Shown: in pieces, positions 54,980-64,000 of the stretch | Layout of the letters: the number at the start of each line of letters is the position of its first letter | How positions within the stretch are numbered: position 1 is the first letter of the stretch | Source of the DNA: an uncultured Nitrososphaeraceae archaeon | GTDB lineage: Archaea; Thermoproteota; Nitrososphaeria; Nitrososphaerales; Nitrososphaeraceae | Assembly: GCA_963779615.1 (NCBI GenBank) | Contig: CAVZZA010000005.1 | Span: 815,688 to 879,687, forward strand | DNA: 64,000 bases | Direction of reading: 5' to 3' | The notes under the pieces: model-generated | The model's input: only the letters and a program-made list of their open reading frames with translations | Database searches by the model: none | Told to the model about the DNA's origin: nothing | Program-made: the position numbers and the translations under genes

Positions 54980-55210
54980 CTATTAAATTAAAAAAAAGAG
55001 TTAGATTTAGTCGTTTCTATCCATTTTGGATCTATTGCCGCTCGTGATTTGTAATATTTTTATGGACACCTTAAGCAGTTTTGTCAGGGCATTCTATAGT
55101 TTTTGGCTAAAACAATACAAGGTTGACAAATGCAAATTTGAAGGTGTTCCATTCCACTCAAAAATACCAGCGCATGCCAAAAGAAAAAGAATCCCCTATG
55201 GCAGGTAGAC

Positions 55211-57277
55211 CTATTTTTTCAGCATCGAGCAGTCATGTATTTTTATGGCTTCGGATATGAGTTTGTTTTGAATCTCCAAAAAGTCTCTAGCTTCAGGGTA
55301 TTTGGACCCCACAACTACTTCCGCCACAATATTTGTAATGTGCCTAAAAAGAAACTCATCTCCCCTTTCAGATTCAACCTTATAGGTAGAGTGAGCTTTA
55401 TTTACAAAAACAATGTTCTCGTTTGTAAAACTATACCTAGAATCGGACTCGTCTTCATATGGGATAACCTTGTACCCTATTTTTTTAAGCGCAAAAGTTT
55501 TTTTCAGGACGGGTTTTCTTATCGTTTTTTTTATCAAGGAACTTTCAAAGGTTAATTTGGCAGATGGACTATCAACAGCAGGCAAATATTGGTAATCACC
55601 AACAATGCCAGGTTTGGTTGGAGTGACATTGTTGGGCATGTTATCATTTTTATCAGCAACAACGATTTGAGGAAAAACTGGGGAAGGTGAAGGGGGCAGA
55701 TTTTGAGTGTTGTTCTGGCTTGTTGTCCCGTAATCGTTTATCCCACAAAAGGCATTCTGCTGCTGTTGGTGCCGAGTCTGTGGACCATTAGCACCATCTA
55801 ACGATAGTAACCTGTTTTTAGGTTCTGAATTATTGACACATGCTTCACCCGATATAGGTCCATAGTTATCTGTGTCAGTTTTTCCCCCAGGCATGATAGG
55901 GTTTGAATCATCATAATCTAAATCAAGAGATCTACCCGGCACGGCCAGATTCAGATCATCCCCATCTTTTAATGAATTATTTTTGACATTCTCAGCATCA
56001 GCATCTATGTTTTCTTCCCAGTTTTCTTTACTATTACTGTTATCTTCTTTGTCCTCCTCATTTTTTGTAGAGGATAAGGAATCCATCTTGTTTGTTAAAG
56101 GTGATGATGGGTGGGATGGGGGGGATGGGGGGGATGGGGGGGATGGCGACAGTAATGACAGGGAACCACCACTGCCATCATATTCCCCATACCCTTCTTC
56201 TGCGGCAGAAGAAGAAGAAGAAGGTACTTCTATCGACTCAAATCCCTCAACTTCTTCACTGGTTTGAAGCATCTCCAAAACGGCTTGACCCATTACCTTA
56301 TCGATTTCTTTATAAATTTTCGATTCCTCCCGGGTAATTAAAACATCCTCATATTCTGTAAGGCTTGGGAGAACCCGCTCAATAATAAAATCCTTCATGG
56401 ATTGGTTGAACTTGAAATAAGCATCATTTTCAATTAATGCGGATTTATCGGCAAACCTGGAGGTCAATTGATCACATTTAACATAACCAGTCACCCTACT
56501 CAATTTGTTATCAAATCCAAAAGTACTTCGTACAACAACGTGATTGCCAACCATTATTGCAATGCCTTTTTCATCCTGACCCAATGGTCTTTTTGCAATA
56601 ACAATTTCACCAGATATGTTTGGCTCGTAAACATCTACAATGATTTTATACCCTTGAACATCTGGGGATTTTATAATTTGGGCATCAGCAGGATCCCATT
56701 CATTAAATGTTTCTGAATACTTGATATAAAGCTCAAAAAGGGGATATTTCAAAATTGAAAGTTTCTTTAGCTCTTTTGACAGCCTTATCATGTCTACACT
56801 GATTTTTGATCCGTTTAGAAATACTTCTGTTCCATTTCTTTTTAATGGTGGCTCTTTTAATTCCTGCAATTGCGCACGTCCAGAGATAAGGTTTTCTAAT
56901 GCCTCACCATTGATAATCAAAGTTTTATTAAAATTATCCAACCTTGTCTTAATTTTCATATTGTCAAATGAGGTTAAAAATGAAAGCCGTCCGGTACCAT
57001 ATCGCCCAGTCCTGATTCTTTTTAACTTGGGTGAAAGGTGTTCGTTAACTTTATGGGGAGAACCTAAAACTAAAAATTTGTTAACTGACTCAGAATTCAT
57101 GCCCGCATCATCCTCGATTACAACATTTCCGTCACTCAAAACCGTGACAATAACCTTAGTTGCATCTTCATCAAAGGCGTTTTCTATCAACTCCCTTATT
57201 GTTTCATACGGGGAAATCCATGTCTTCGTAGCAAACTCTTTAAAAAAGGAAGGATGAACTTTTAATTCCAGTGTCAA
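55211..57277 (-). CDS. MORC-like GHKL (HATPase_c_3) ATPase with a long acidic/Pro-rich insertion
   Basis: IRELIENAFDE (N-box), EDDAGM (G1), GRYGTGRLS (G2), NGTEV; low-complexity middle; C-terminal VFVNKAHSTY. Confidence 0.85.
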   Translation of the reverse strand: MTLELKVHPSFFKEFATKTWISPYETIRELIENAFDEDATKVIVTVLSDGNVVIEDDAGMNSESVNKFLVLGSPHKVNEHLSPKLKRIRTGRYGTGRLSFLTSFDNMKIKTRLDNFNKTLIINGEALENLISGRAQLQELKEPPLKRNGTEVFLNGSKISVDMIRLSKELKKLSILKYPLFELYIKYSETFNEWDPADAQIIKSPDVQGYKIIVDVYEPNISGEIVIAKRPLGQDEKGIAIMVGNHVVVRSTFGFDNKLSRVTGYVKCDQLTSRFADKSALIENDAYFKFNQSMKDFIIERVLPSLTEYEDVLITREESKIYKEIDKVMGQAVLEMLQTSEEVEGFESIEVPSSSSSAAEEGYGEYDGSGGSLSLLSPSPPSPPSPPSHPSSPLTNKMDSLSSTKNEEDKEDNSNSKENWEENIDADAENVKNNSLKDGDDLNLAVPGRSLDLDYDDSNPIMPGGKTDTDNYGPISGEACVNNSEPKNRLLSLDGANGPQTRHQQQQNAFCGINDYGTTSQNNTQNLPPSPSPVFPQIVVADKNDNMPNNVTPTKPGIVGDYQYLPAVDSPSAKLTFESSLIKKTIRKPVLKKTFALKKIGYKVIPYEDESDSRYSFTNENIVFVNKAHSTYKVESERGDEFLFRHITNIVAEVVVGSKYPEARDFLEIQNKLISEAIKIHDCSMLKK

Positions 57278-57433
57278 GGTACAGAAACTTTTACGGACAA
57301 CAGTTATTTAATAATCATATAGCAAATATTGACAAAAAGGCAAATGAATCTTAACCAAAGAAGGGTTCAGAACATGGAACAACAAAAGGGATGTGAAAAA
57401 GGACGGTAATTGGTGGTGGAGAGAGTTGATAAA

Positions 57434-57691
57434 CTAATGAAGGAAATAGGAGAATGAATCAATAAATATCCCACCAATAACATTCATGATTGGAACACCT
57501 GGAAGAAAATCAACCACGCCAAGAAGGAGCTTTGGATGAGTCACAAGGTATGGATGAACATATAAATACCATATTAACAACATTGGAGTTACTAGAATTC
57601 CTATAATGGTTAGGAGTATCAACCAAGTAGCAGTCATCTTTCCAGTTAGCATAGCATTGTAAAAAGTATCTCGATATATAAATTTCACCAA
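57434..57691 (-). CDS. Small hypothetical membrane protein
   Basis: Hydrophobic 85-aa ORF directly downstream of the PUA gene on the same strand. Confidence 0.4.
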   Translation of the reverse strand: MVKFIYRDTFYNAMLTGKMTATWLILLTIIGILVTPMLLIWYLYVHPYLVTHPKLLLGVVDFLPGVPIMNVIGGIFIDSFSYFLH

Positions 57692-57717
57692 TTTTAAAAG
57701 TTGGATTCGAGAAAAAG

Positions 57718-58206
57718 CTACAACCGAAATGAAATCTCTTTAAAAGCGTTCCAAAATTTGTCCCCAACAAAGTGGAGGTTATCAATTACATAACCCTTTT
57801 GCAGTTTTTCTGCAGTGGCACTGTCTTCCAAAGCCAAGCCTACTGAAATGTACTTCTCAAACCTTTCGTCCTTGACCGCAACAATATCATTTTTGTTGAA
57901 ACTACCAAACCCAACAATACCAGGACGCAATATTTTTGCCCCGTTGCAGATAAACTTTATTGAACCAGAATCAACCCTGATGGACGGGAATTCCTTAAGG
58001 ATATCCGTTTTCCCCAGGAACGGAAGTATTATTTCATTTTTAATAAAAACCCCTACAACAGTATCAATAACAACAATGCTTTTATCATACTCTATTTCGA
58101 AAACCTTGATGTTTTTAATTTTTGGAATTGATATGTTGGTCCATGTTTTATTCAAAAGACCAAGAACTTTTTCAGTCTCTTTTTTTGAAATAACAAAAGT
58201 TTTCAA
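57718..58206 (-). CDS. PUA-domain RNA-binding protein (MCT-1/Tma20-like)
   Basis: FPSIRVDSGSIKFICNGAKILRPGIV...LHFVGDKFW. Confidence 0.88.
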   Translation of the reverse strand: MKTFVISKKETEKVLGLLNKTWTNISIPKIKNIKVFEIEYDKSIVVIDTVVGVFIKNEIILPFLGKTDILKEFPSIRVDSGSIKFICNGAKILRPGIVGFGSFNKNDIVAVKDERFEKYISVGLALEDSATAEKLQKGYVIDNLHFVGDKFWNAFKEISFRL

Positions 58207-58333
58207 AACAAAATATTAATGGATATATATATAATAAAGTTATGCAAAGGGTAATTTCATCTCAATAAAAGCATAATAAAGCAAAGTATAATAATTTTTA
58301 TAAATAATCAAATTCAACTAGTTTTAATCAAAA

Positions 58334-58630
58334 ATGAGTGTATCGCCCGAAACAGAAACAAAATATGACGTGCCGATAAAACAGGTAGAGAAAACAATAA
58401 AAATTACAGACAAGGCCAAAGAAGAGCTTAAGAGCTCTGGAATGATGGACGAAAAAGGGAAGCTAAAATTAAAGGGTGTCAGCCCCAAAATGCTTAAAAG
58501 GATGAAATTAGAATCCGTGGACTGCCCGGTGTTTGAGAAGGAAATAGGGTTTATACAGTGCTATGTCTGTAGCAATTTTCACAGCAGGATTAGTGGAGTG
58601 GTTTATTGCAAGGGTGAACCACTGCAATAA
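58334..58630 (+). CDS. Hypothetical protein with a four-Cys metal-binding motif
   Basis: VDCPV...IQCYVCSNF...VYCKGE, directly upstream of proS. Confidence 0.75.
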   Translation: MSVSPETETKYDVPIKQVEKTIKITDKAKEELKSSGMMDEKGKLKLKGVSPKMLKRMKLESVDCPVFEKEIGFIQCYVCSNFHSRISGVVYCKGEPLQ

Positions 58631-58679
58631 CAAGACACAAAAGCTTCATAAATAGAAATCAGTTCCTATTCTTCATTAA

Positions 58680-60149
58680 TTGAAGGATAAGACCAACAAA
58701 AAGGAAATCGGAATAACAGTAAAAAAAATTGATGATTTTAGTGAGTGGTACTCCCAGGTTGTGGAAAAGGCAGGACTGGCAGACTATATTTCTGCAAAGG
58801 GGTTCATCGTTTTAAAGCCTTATGGATATGCAATTTGGGAATCAATAAAAGAACATTTGGATAGGAAATTAAGGGAAACAGGGCACAACAACGGATTTTT
58901 GCCATGCCTGATTCCCGAGAGCATCCTTAACAAGGAAGAAGATCACTTCAAGGGATTCAATCCAGAGGTGTTTTGGGTGACCCATTCAGGGGAATCCAAA
59001 CTGAATGAAAGATTAGCGTTAAGGCCGACATCAGAAGCGTTGCTATACTCCATTTTTCCCAAATGGATTTCAAGCTATAGGGACTTGCCACTTAGAATCA
59101 ATTTTTGGAATACAGCGTTACGGGCAGAAATAAAATCCACCAAACCGTTCATAAGGAATTCAGAATTTTTATGGCAGGAAGGCCACACTGTCCATTCTTC
59201 AAAAAATGAGGCGGAGGATCAGGTAATGATGATTCTAAACATTTACAAAAACCTGATTGAAAACATCTTATCAATCCCAACAATAACAGGATACAAAAGC
59301 GACAAAGAAAAATTTGTCGGGGCAGAAACCACAACAACCCTAGAAGGAATGATGCCAGATGGAAAGGCATTGCAATTAGGGACATCCCACAACCTTGGTA
59401 GAAACTTTTCCAAACCCTTTGGCATCAAATTTCTCAATAAAGAAAATGTCGAAGAGTTTGCATGGCAAACATCATGGGGGACCTCATGGAGATTGATTGG
59501 GGCCATAATAATGGTACACGGAGACGAGCAAGGATTAATCTTGCCCCCACTGATTGCTCCAATCCAGATAATCATAATTCCAATCTACAAAAGTAACAAC
59601 GAAAAAACTGTAAAGGAGGGTGCGAATCTATTGAAAAGCAGCCTCTCAGGACATGGATACAGAGTTTTTGTTGATGAAAGGAATGAATACACTGCAGGGT
59701 GGAAATACAATGAATGGGAAGTCAAAGGGGTCCCAGTTAGAATAAACATTGGGCAGAGGGACTTAGAAAACAACACAATAGAAATAGTAAGAAGAGACAA
59801 CAGACAGAAGCAGGTAATCCCGACAGAACAACTAAATGAGACTATTGAAAAAACTTTTGAAAGCATCCAGAGGGATCTGTTTAACAACGCAGAGAAATAC
59901 CTAAAAGAAAAAACCACAATGGTGTCAAACTTCAAAGACTTTACAAAATCGATGGGCGACTCGGAAGGATTTATTCTGGCAGGATGGTGTGGCAAAGAGG
60001 AATGCGAGTTAAAAATCAAAGAGGAAACGGGTGCAGACATCAGGGTAATACCCTTCAACCAAGAAGAGTCAGAAAAAAAAGAATTAGAAAACTGCGTGCT
60101 TTGTGACTGCAAGTCAGAAAAAAAAGTCATTTTTGCAAGAGCATACTAA
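58680..60149 (+). CDS. proS: Proline--tRNA ligase (archaeal/eukaryotic type)
   Basis: LALRPTSE, FIRNSEFLWQEGHT, QLGTSHNLG, QTSWG, C-terminal Zn-binding domain ending FARAY. Confidence 0.98.
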   Translation: MKDKTNKKEIGITVKKIDDFSEWYSQVVEKAGLADYISAKGFIVLKPYGYAIWESIKEHLDRKLRETGHNNGFLPCLIPESILNKEEDHFKGFNPEVFWVTHSGESKLNERLALRPTSEALLYSIFPKWISSYRDLPLRINFWNTALRAEIKSTKPFIRNSEFLWQEGHTVHSSKNEAEDQVMMILNIYKNLIENILSIPTITGYKSDKEKFVGAETTTTLEGMMPDGKALQLGTSHNLGRNFSKPFGIKFLNKENVEEFAWQTSWGTSWRLIGAIIMVHGDEQGLILPPLIAPIQIIIIPIYKSNNEKTVKEGANLLKSSLSGHGYRVFVDERNEYTAGWKYNEWEVKGVPVRINIGQRDLENNTIEIVRRDNRQKQVIPTEQLNETIEKTFESIQRDLFNNAEKYLKEKTTMVSNFKDFTKSMGDSEGFILAGWCGKEECELKIKEETGADIRVIPFNQEESEKKELENCVLCDCKSEKKVIFARAY

Positions 60150-60242
60150 ATACCCGTAAAAGAATACAGATAAAACCAGCAATAGGACACCACCATAAAC
60201 AGAATGTTTATGTAAGGTTTTTTCAAATCAAACATTGTTAAG

Positions 60243-60872
60243 TTGTCAGAGAGAGTCAAGGGTAAAAGAAACAAAGAAATCAGAACCATAATAATAATAT
60301 CTGTAATTTTTGTAATAGCTTTTGTTTCAATTAGAGTTGTTTTGGCTGATACAAACCCATTTTATGTGGTTGCAAGTGGCAGTATGGTTCCTGTTTTGAA
60401 TGTTAACGATTTGATAGTGGTATGGGGCAAAGACAGCAAAACATCATTTAACAATGCCAAGGTTAATGACATTATTGTATTTAAAGCATTTGCGCCTGAT
60501 CCCGGCGAGACTGAACACAAAACAATAGTTCACAGGGTGGCAAAGGTATTTGAAAAAGGAGACGTATTGGTAGGGAATAATGCGTTAAATGGCCTGTGCT
60601 ATCCGATTCCGCTACCGAGCAATGAAATAAAAAGCAGGATAATACTAACCAAAGGAGACGCAAATGAATGTTCAATCCCCGGGGTGGATATCCCAATTAC
60701 TCAAAAAAACTATATTGGAAAAGTAATGTTTACAGTTCCGCAAATTGGGATAATACCCACAATATTAAAGCCCCCAGTAAATTACATAATCATGGCAGTA
60801 ATAGCAGGGCTGCTAATAGCATCGTTTGTAAAAAGTAACAAAAAACAAGTAGAAAAACTAAAAGATGAATGA
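60243..60872 (+). CDS. Signal peptidase I (archaeal S26B/Sec11 type)
   Basis: VVASGSMVP (catalytic Ser), IVHRV (His), TKGDAN. Confidence 0.92.
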   Translation: MSERVKGKRNKEIRTIIIISVIFVIAFVSIRVVLADTNPFYVVASGSMVPVLNVNDLIVVWGKDSKTSFNNAKVNDIIVFKAFAPDPGETEHKTIVHRVAKVFEKGDVLVGNNALNGLCYPIPLPSNEIKSRIILTKGDANECSIPGVDIPITQKNYIGKVMFTVPQIGIIPTILKPPVNYIIMAVIAGLLIASFVKSNKKQVEKLKDE

Positions 60873-60905
60873 TCCAGCGACAGCCAAACCAGAATATCAA
60901 TATTA

Positions 60906-61397
60906 ATGCATAGGCAAGACGACCCAAACAAATGGACCGCTGCCAAGCTTTTAAAATTTAAAATGGCAAATGAGGTAAACAGGATTCCATTTAACTATCT
61001 CATACTGGATCCTTTTTCAAAAATAACTCTTACGACAAAAGACAAACAAAACATGCATGGAATATGTGCTATTGATTGCTCATGGAAATTGGCAGCCAAT
61101 ACAATCAAGACACCAAAAATGTCCAATGCCAACAATAGAAAACTTCCCGCACTGCTTGCCGGAAATCCGACCAACTATTCAAAATTAGGCATGCTTTCGA
61201 CCTCAGAGGCAATATCAGGAGCATTGTATATTTTGGGTTTTAAAAAACAGGCTGCTGAGATAATGAACAAATTCAGATGGGGACATACATTTATTGAATT
61301 AAACTACAACATTTTAGAGGACTACTCCAATACAACAGAACAAAGCAGAATTAAAGAAATAGAAAAGGAATATTTTCCAAATCTGCACGCCGAATAA
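60906..61397 (+). CDS. tsr3: SSU rRNA aminocarboxypropyltransferase Tsr3 (DUF367)
   Basis: QDDPNKWTA, IDCSW, RKLPALLAGNPTNY, LSTSEA, FRWGHTFIELN. Confidence 0.92.
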   Translation: MHRQDDPNKWTAAKLLKFKMANEVNRIPFNYLILDPFSKITLTTKDKQNMHGICAIDCSWKLAANTIKTPKMSNANNRKLPALLAGNPTNYSKLGMLSTSEAISGALYILGFKKQAAEIMNKFRWGHTFIELNYNILEDYSNTTEQSRIKEIEKEYFPNLHAE

Positions 61398-61449
61398 TAA
61401 TCTCACGGGTAATTAAACCAGGGAGGATTCAAAGTTAATAAATTAACAG

Positions 61450-61753
61450 GTGTTCTTGTACCGTGTGAGCTAGCGGGCAAGTCACTTCCCACATAACGAA
61501 GAGGAAACTCCTCCCTCATTACAGGAACCTGAATTAGCGATAGTTAGAAGGAGACTTCTGGCAACGAAATAGAAAAGAATTCAGATAAATCATTGGCAAT
61601 GATGACTAATAGTCTGAGTGATTTTGTAACTGAAATGAAACTGTCGTCCCAGGTTGAGAAAGGCCAAACAGAGTCAGAATCCGGTATACATACTCAGGTA
61701 GGCTGCTTAGCTGAATCTTGCTTAAAACAAAAGGAGGGTTACTACTAGGACAC
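61450..61753 (+). ncRNA. rnpB: RNase P RNA
   Basis: P1 ends GTGTTCTTGTA/TACTAGGACAC; CR-I-like GAGGAAACTCC; TGAAAC; CR-V-like AACAAAAGGAGGGTTAC. Confidence 0.88.
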
Positions 61754-62072
61754 ACTTATCTATGATCCTAACTAGAAAGACAAAGCATAGTCAGGATCAT
61801 AGACTTTTTCTTTTTGTTCTTCTTTCTGGCCCCCTCATAATGAGGCTTCTCCCACTTGCCAAATCATTTTGGTCGAGAGAAGCGCATGGAGGCACAAAAT
61901 ATTAAAATCATCGCAGTCAGGCTTTACTCAAAGGTAAATTCATTCTTCAACACCATTCATTTTTAAAGTGACAGAATCACAATTTATAAAGATGATATCA
62001 ACATTGTCTTCAATGAAAAAACTCCAGAATTATAAAACCATTAAATTACTATTTCAAGCATAATAAAAAAAG

Positions 62073-63111
62073 ATGAGTTATGAGATAATGGATTCAGATT
62101 TGTTTCATAATGAGTACTCTAAAAAGCTGGCTGAAAAATACGGATACAGGGATTGGATGATATCAAGGTTTTTGAATTTTGTTCCAGATACTGAAAGTCT
62201 CCTAGAATACGTCGAAAACAACAAATCACATAATTTTGAATACATCAGGGCAAATAATTTAAAAATTGAGTCTCAAGAACTAAAAAGGAGACTGACGGAA
62301 AAAGGATACTGGATTAAGGACACAATCCTAAAAGAAGTGTTCATGGTAGAAAAAACAAAGGACGAGACAAACAGCACAGAAGAATCTGGGAAAAATATTG
62401 GTTTACCAAGTGTTGGATCAACTTTAGAATATTTAAAAGGGTATTACTACATACAAGATCCTAGCTCTTGCATAGCGGTAGATGAATTAGAAATCAATGA
62501 AAACAGTTGCATGACAGTTTTAGATATGGCCTCATCCCCGGGAGGCAAGACAACCTTTATGGCTCAAAAAATGGGTAACCGGGGGAGAAATCATTGCATG
62601 TGAACCAAACCCGAAAAGAATACCTTCACTAATTTTTAATCTATCGCGCTGCAATGTCAAAAACGCGTCAATTTTCAATATTTTTGGAGAAGACATTGGA
62701 AAACTAGCAATAAGCTTTGACAGAATATTGCTTGACGCCCCATGTACTTGCGAGGGAATAATAACAAAGGACGAAACAAGGAAAAAAAGCAGAAACTTAA
62801 AAGATATAGAAATTTGCAGCAACAGACAAAAAAAACTAGTACGCTCGGCTCTAGAGGTTTTAAAACCATCCGGAATAATGATTTATTGCACCTGTTCTTT
62901 TGCACCAGAAGAAAATGAAATGATAATTGATGATCTGATGAGAAACAACAAAGACGAGGACATAGAATTGATGCCGTTAAAATATGGAGTGAACGGATTA
63001 ACTGAATTTGACAACCATCACTTTAAAAAGGACATAAGCAAGACAAGAAGACTTTATCCCCACATTCACAATACAAACGGGTTTTATATTGCAAAATTGA
63101 GAAAAAAGTAA
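62073..63111 (+). CDS. RsmB/NOL1/Nop2-family RNA cytosine-C5 methyltransferase, split by an extra G at 62581-62585
   Basis: GYYYIQDPSS, VLDMASSPGGKT, FDRILLDAPCT, IYCTCSFAPEENE, GFYIAKL. Confidence 0.9.
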
Positions 63112-63119
63112 ACTCCAGG

Positions 63120-63784
63120 ATGTTTAAAGATATTTCTAAAAAAGAAGAAACAATATTAAAAAAAGCATTTGGCATTTGGGGAATATTTGACTTGTATGAA
63201 AAACTAAGCATAATTACAAAACCTTCAGGGGACAAACATTTGGTAATATCGGAGGTAAACCCGGTGCAGAGTTTTTAAAAAAAAACAATCCCCCGCAAAT
63301 AGAAAAAAGAATACCGCCAAAAAAATGGGATAAAGAAAATGGTGGAAAAGCTAATGGAATTTCAGAGGTATTTGTTTGTTCAAGCAGGGATCAAAAAGAA
63401 TTGACAATCAAATTGCAACCCATATATTCAGGAATAGCAATAGGCAGCATAAAAGGCAAAAAATTCACACCAGGTTTAAATTTTGCAGAATTAATAGTAA
63501 ATCACAATCCAAAATTGAATTACCCTTTTGTTGTATTAGAAAACAAAGCGTCGAATCTGTACATCTACGGAAGAGACATCATGGGAAACTCGATTGTGGA
63601 TTTTTTTAACGAAATTAAAGAAAACCAAATCCTGATAATCCTAAATCAAAAAAAAGAAGTCCTAGGAATAGGTAGATTGAGGTTTAACGGTAACTTAATT
63701 ACCCAAAATGACAAAATAGTCATAGATAATGTTCAGGATATAGGAACACATTATCTAAAAGGAGAAAACAGATACACTTTGTGA
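63120..63784 (+). CDS. NIP7-like PUA-domain ribosome biogenesis protein, frameshifted in homopolymer runs
   Basis: MFKDISKKEETILKKAFGIWG start; YSGIAIG, LYIYGRDI, LGIG, DIGTHYL; breaks at T/A runs around 63272-63300. Confidence 0.7.
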
Positions 63785-63968
63785 GCATTATTCCAGAATT
63801 CGGATGTTTATTAAAATTGCATTTGTTTTTTTTTGGCCCATTTTATACAAACTGCAAAATAGGCAACCACATAAAAGTACACCCACATCCACACCATCTC
63901 AAAACGAATTTTCAAGATTTGATTATAATCCAACAGGCAGTGGCAATGCCATCATTTGCCGACAAAAC

Positions 63969-63996
63969 AGAAGGCAAAAGAAGGCAAAAGAAGGCC
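63969..63996. repeat. Short 10-bp tandem repeat (AGAAGGCAAA, about 3 copies)
   Basis: agaaggcaaa-agaaggcaaa-agaaggc at the window edge. Confidence 0.6.
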
Positions 63997-64000
63997 ATGC

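Noticed and set aside
59149-60130. Long antisense ORFs opposite proS and similar ones opposite other genes
   Set aside because: Shadow ORFs caused by codon bias of the real genes

Overview
AT-rich archaeal chromosome segment that most resembles a soil ammonia-oxidising archaeon (Nitrososphaeraceae, Ca. Nitrosocosmicus-like). The assignment rests on archaeal ProRS, a proteasome beta subunit, Tsr3, RNase P RNA, an intron-containing tRNA and lineage-typical secreted repeat proteins. About 1-54 kb is an accessory region. It holds secreted Kelch, NHL, RTX-like, PQQ-type, cupredoxin and DUF1254 proteins, an ABC/COG1361 module, ion-homeostasis transporters and an MscS-DUF1622-DUF2254 cluster. It also holds an IS5 element with both inverted repeats and an 8-bp target duplication still recognisable, an IS6-like remnant and many pseudogenes. 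The region ends at a decayed tRNA-Glu and tRNA-Arg(CCT), which has a D-loop intron. About 54.4-64 kb is core genome: psmB, a MORC-like GHKL ATPase, a PUA protein, proS, signal peptidase, tsr3, rnpB, an RsmB/Nop2 methylase and a NIP7-like protein. No CRISPR array was seen. Several frameshifts fall in homopolymer runs, including in housekeeping genes, so some splits are probably sequencing errors. The best leads are the stand-alone MORC-like ATPase beside the proteasome gene, the RTX-like/ABC/COG1361 surface-export module, a 13-bp-arm palindrome in the hsp20 promoter, the cupredoxin/Met-tail/DM13 cluster, the MscS-DUF1622x2-DUF2254 cluster and tRNA-derived relics that may mark old integrations. 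All product calls come from motif recognition by eye, not from database searches.
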